Assembly: GCA_049428425.1 (NCBI GenBank)
Contig: JBMTAF010000002.1
Span: forward strand, 1 to 39,803
Origin: Candidatus Nanopelagicales bacterium
GTDB lineage: Bacteria > Actinomycetota > Actinomycetes > S36-B12 > UBA5976
DNA: 39,803 nucleotides
Reading direction: 5' to 3'
Shown here: one piece after another, positions 38,439 through 39,803 of the stretch
Layout: the number at the start of each line of letters is the position of its first letter
Numbering within the stretch: position 1 is the first letter of the stretch
Program-made: the position numbers and the translations under genes
The notes under the pieces: model-generated
What the model was told of the DNA's origin: nothing
Databases searched by the model: none
Seen by the model: only the letters and a program-made list of their open reading frames with translations

Positions 38439-39803
38439 ATGAAGAGATACCACTGGCAGCCCGATTCGAAGAATATACCTACGGATCCCGGGGTATATCG
38501 GTTCTTATTGGAATCTTCGGGTCAAGTTGAAGTGCTTTATGTTGGCAAAGCAAAGAACCTTCGGAATCGTTTAAGCAGCTACTTTCAAGAACCTTCGCTA
38601 TTGCAGCCTCGCACATTTGCAATGATCTCGCAGGCAACCAGTGTTATTTGGACTGTGGTGAACAATGAGACAGAGGCATTTCAATTAGAACACAGTTTGA
38701 TACAGGAGTTTAAGCCGAAGTACAACATCAGATTTAGGGATGATAAGTCGTATCCCTATATCTGTATCACAGTAGACGATGATGTGCCAAGAGTGTTTTC
38801 TACTAGACGGCGCAACATCAATGGCGCAAGATACTTCGGACCATATCCCAATTCACAAGATGTTCGCACGTCTATTGAATTGTTGACAAAAGTTTTTCCA
38901 GTTCGAACGTGTAGCCCAACCGTCTTCAAAAATCATCAGCGCCAGAATCGTGCTTGTTTACTGGGGCATATTGACCGGTGCTCGGCACCTTGCTTGAGTT
39001 CGTCGGATGTAGGTGTTAATCATGCGAACGCAAATTTCATGGTGGATTTTCTTGAAGGTGGCGATGATCAACTTGTGGAACAGCTCGCCGTAGATATGGC
39101 AAAGGCTAGCAATAGTGAACAATTTGAAGAAGCTGCAAAACTCCGTGATCGATTAACCGCAATTCAGTCTATATTGGAGAAAAGTGCGGTAAGTATTGAG
39201 CGAGAACTTTCTGCAGATTTTATCGGAATGGCTTCTACTGATTTGGATCTTGTTACATCACTGATCCAGGTCAGAAACGGCAGAGTGGTAGGAGAGGAGA
39301 GAGTTTTTGCCGACATTGTTATTGATGCTGAGCCGTTAGACTTATTGACGACTTTTATTCTGCATCGCTACTCCAACCAAACTGCAATGCCGCCCAAGGA
39401 TATCTATGTATCTGGATTTTCTGGTGATTTAGCTCAAGTTGAGTCTGCGTTAAGAAAGATCTTGAACAGTCGAATCGCAATAAGCATTCCAAAGCGAGGC
39501 GAAAAATTGCGGATAGGGCAATTAGCGTTGAAGAATGCTGAATCTGCTATCGCATTACAGAAACAATCCGTGTTGTCCAACCTAGCGAGTCGCAGCAAAG
39601 CTCTCCAGGAGTTGTCGGAATCACTGGGGCTTGACCGACCTCCGTTGCGAATTGAATGTGTTGACGTCTCTCATCTACAGGGCACTAGCCGAGTTGCGGC
39701 AGTAGTTGTATTTGAAGATGGCATGCCAAATCCAAGTGAATATCGATCTTATGTACTTCAAACGCCTGGCGATGATTTAGCCGGTATTCGGGAGGTGATC
39801 AGC
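38439..39803 (+). CDS. uvrC: Excinuclease ABC subunit C, 3'-truncated by the window edge
   Basis: ATG at 38439 lies 1 nt after the uvrA stop. The frame stays open to the window end (455 codons). The GIY-YIG domain (PGVYRFL...VLYVGKAKNLRNRLSSYF...YNIRFRDDKSYPYI) and UVR motif (QFEEAAKLRDRL) are present. Confidence 0.93.
   Translation, partial: MKRYHWQPDSKNIPTDPGVYRFLLESSGQVEVLYVGKAKNLRNRLSSYFQEPSLLQPRTFAMISQATSVIWTVVNNETEAFQLEHSLIQEFKPKYNIRFRDDKSYPYICITVDDDVPRVFSTRRRNINGARYFGPYPNSQDVRTSIELLTKVFPVRTCSPTVFKNHQRQNRACLLGHIDRCSAPCLSSSDVGVNHANANFMVDFLEGGDDQLVEQLAVDMAKASNSEQFEEAAKLRDRLTAIQSILEKSAVSIERELSADFIGMASTDLDLVTSLIQVRNGRVVGEERVFADIVIDAEPLDLLTTFILHRYSNQTAMPPKDIYVSGFSGDLAQVESALRKILNSRIAISIPKRGEKLRIGQLALKNAESAIALQKQSVLSNLASRSKALQELSESLGLDRPPLRIECVDVSHLQGTSRVAAVVVFEDGMPNPSEYRSYVLQTPGDDLAGIREVIS

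Noticed and set aside
1-39803. Search for CRISPR arrays, IS elements or transposases, toxin-antitoxin pairs, restriction-modification or other defence genes, and rRNA genes
   Set aside because: None was seen. Every ORF above about 140 aa outside the annotated genes is an antisense or extension artefact. The intergenic gaps, mostly under 100 nt, are too short to hide such elements.

Overview
This window is a compact stretch of core chromosome. About 97% of it is coding, and 36 of 40 genes are on the + strand. Gene content and order match the conserved backbone of Actinomycetota, but the sequence is more AT-rich by eye than is typical for that phylum (not computed). That suggests a streamlined lineage such as freshwater acI/Nanopelagicales-like bacteria, which is an inference only.

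Gene order: pimA-like 3' end, LemA-like protein, Lys/Ala-rich basic protein, pdxS-pdxT, yebC, ruvC-ruvA-ruvB, secD-secF, rel, DUF349 (-), cyclophilin PPIase (-), MBL hydrolase, hisS, aspS, alaS, ruvX, mltG, aroE, interrupted prepilin peptidase, aroC-aroK-aroB-aroQ, efp, nusB, tRNA-Leu(CAA), pdtaR-like ANTAR regulator, hotdog thioesterase (-), polA, sulfotransferase (-), rpsA, coaE, uvrB, terC, uvrA, uvrC (3'-truncated).

Many neighbouring genes share ATGA-type start/stop overlaps. Three convergent gene pairs overlap at their 3' ends. I found no CRISPR array, transposase, integrase, prophage, defence island or rRNA, and no convincing novel multi-gene system.

Observations worth a second look:
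- An in-frame TGA splits a CpaA/TadV-type prepilin peptidase between its two catalytic-Asp motifs.
- An orphan sulfotransferase is wedged into the normally conserved polA-rpsA junction, and its basic tail overlaps the polA 3' end.
- A 120-aa protein that is 40% lysine resembles a histone H1 tail and has no folded DNA-binding domain.
- uvrB-terC-uvrA-uvrC form an unusual contiguous, translationally coupled block.
- There are several small hairpin or palindrome elements in the few intergenic gaps.

All functional calls come from reading the supplied translations for family motifs and from remembered synteny. No database search was run.
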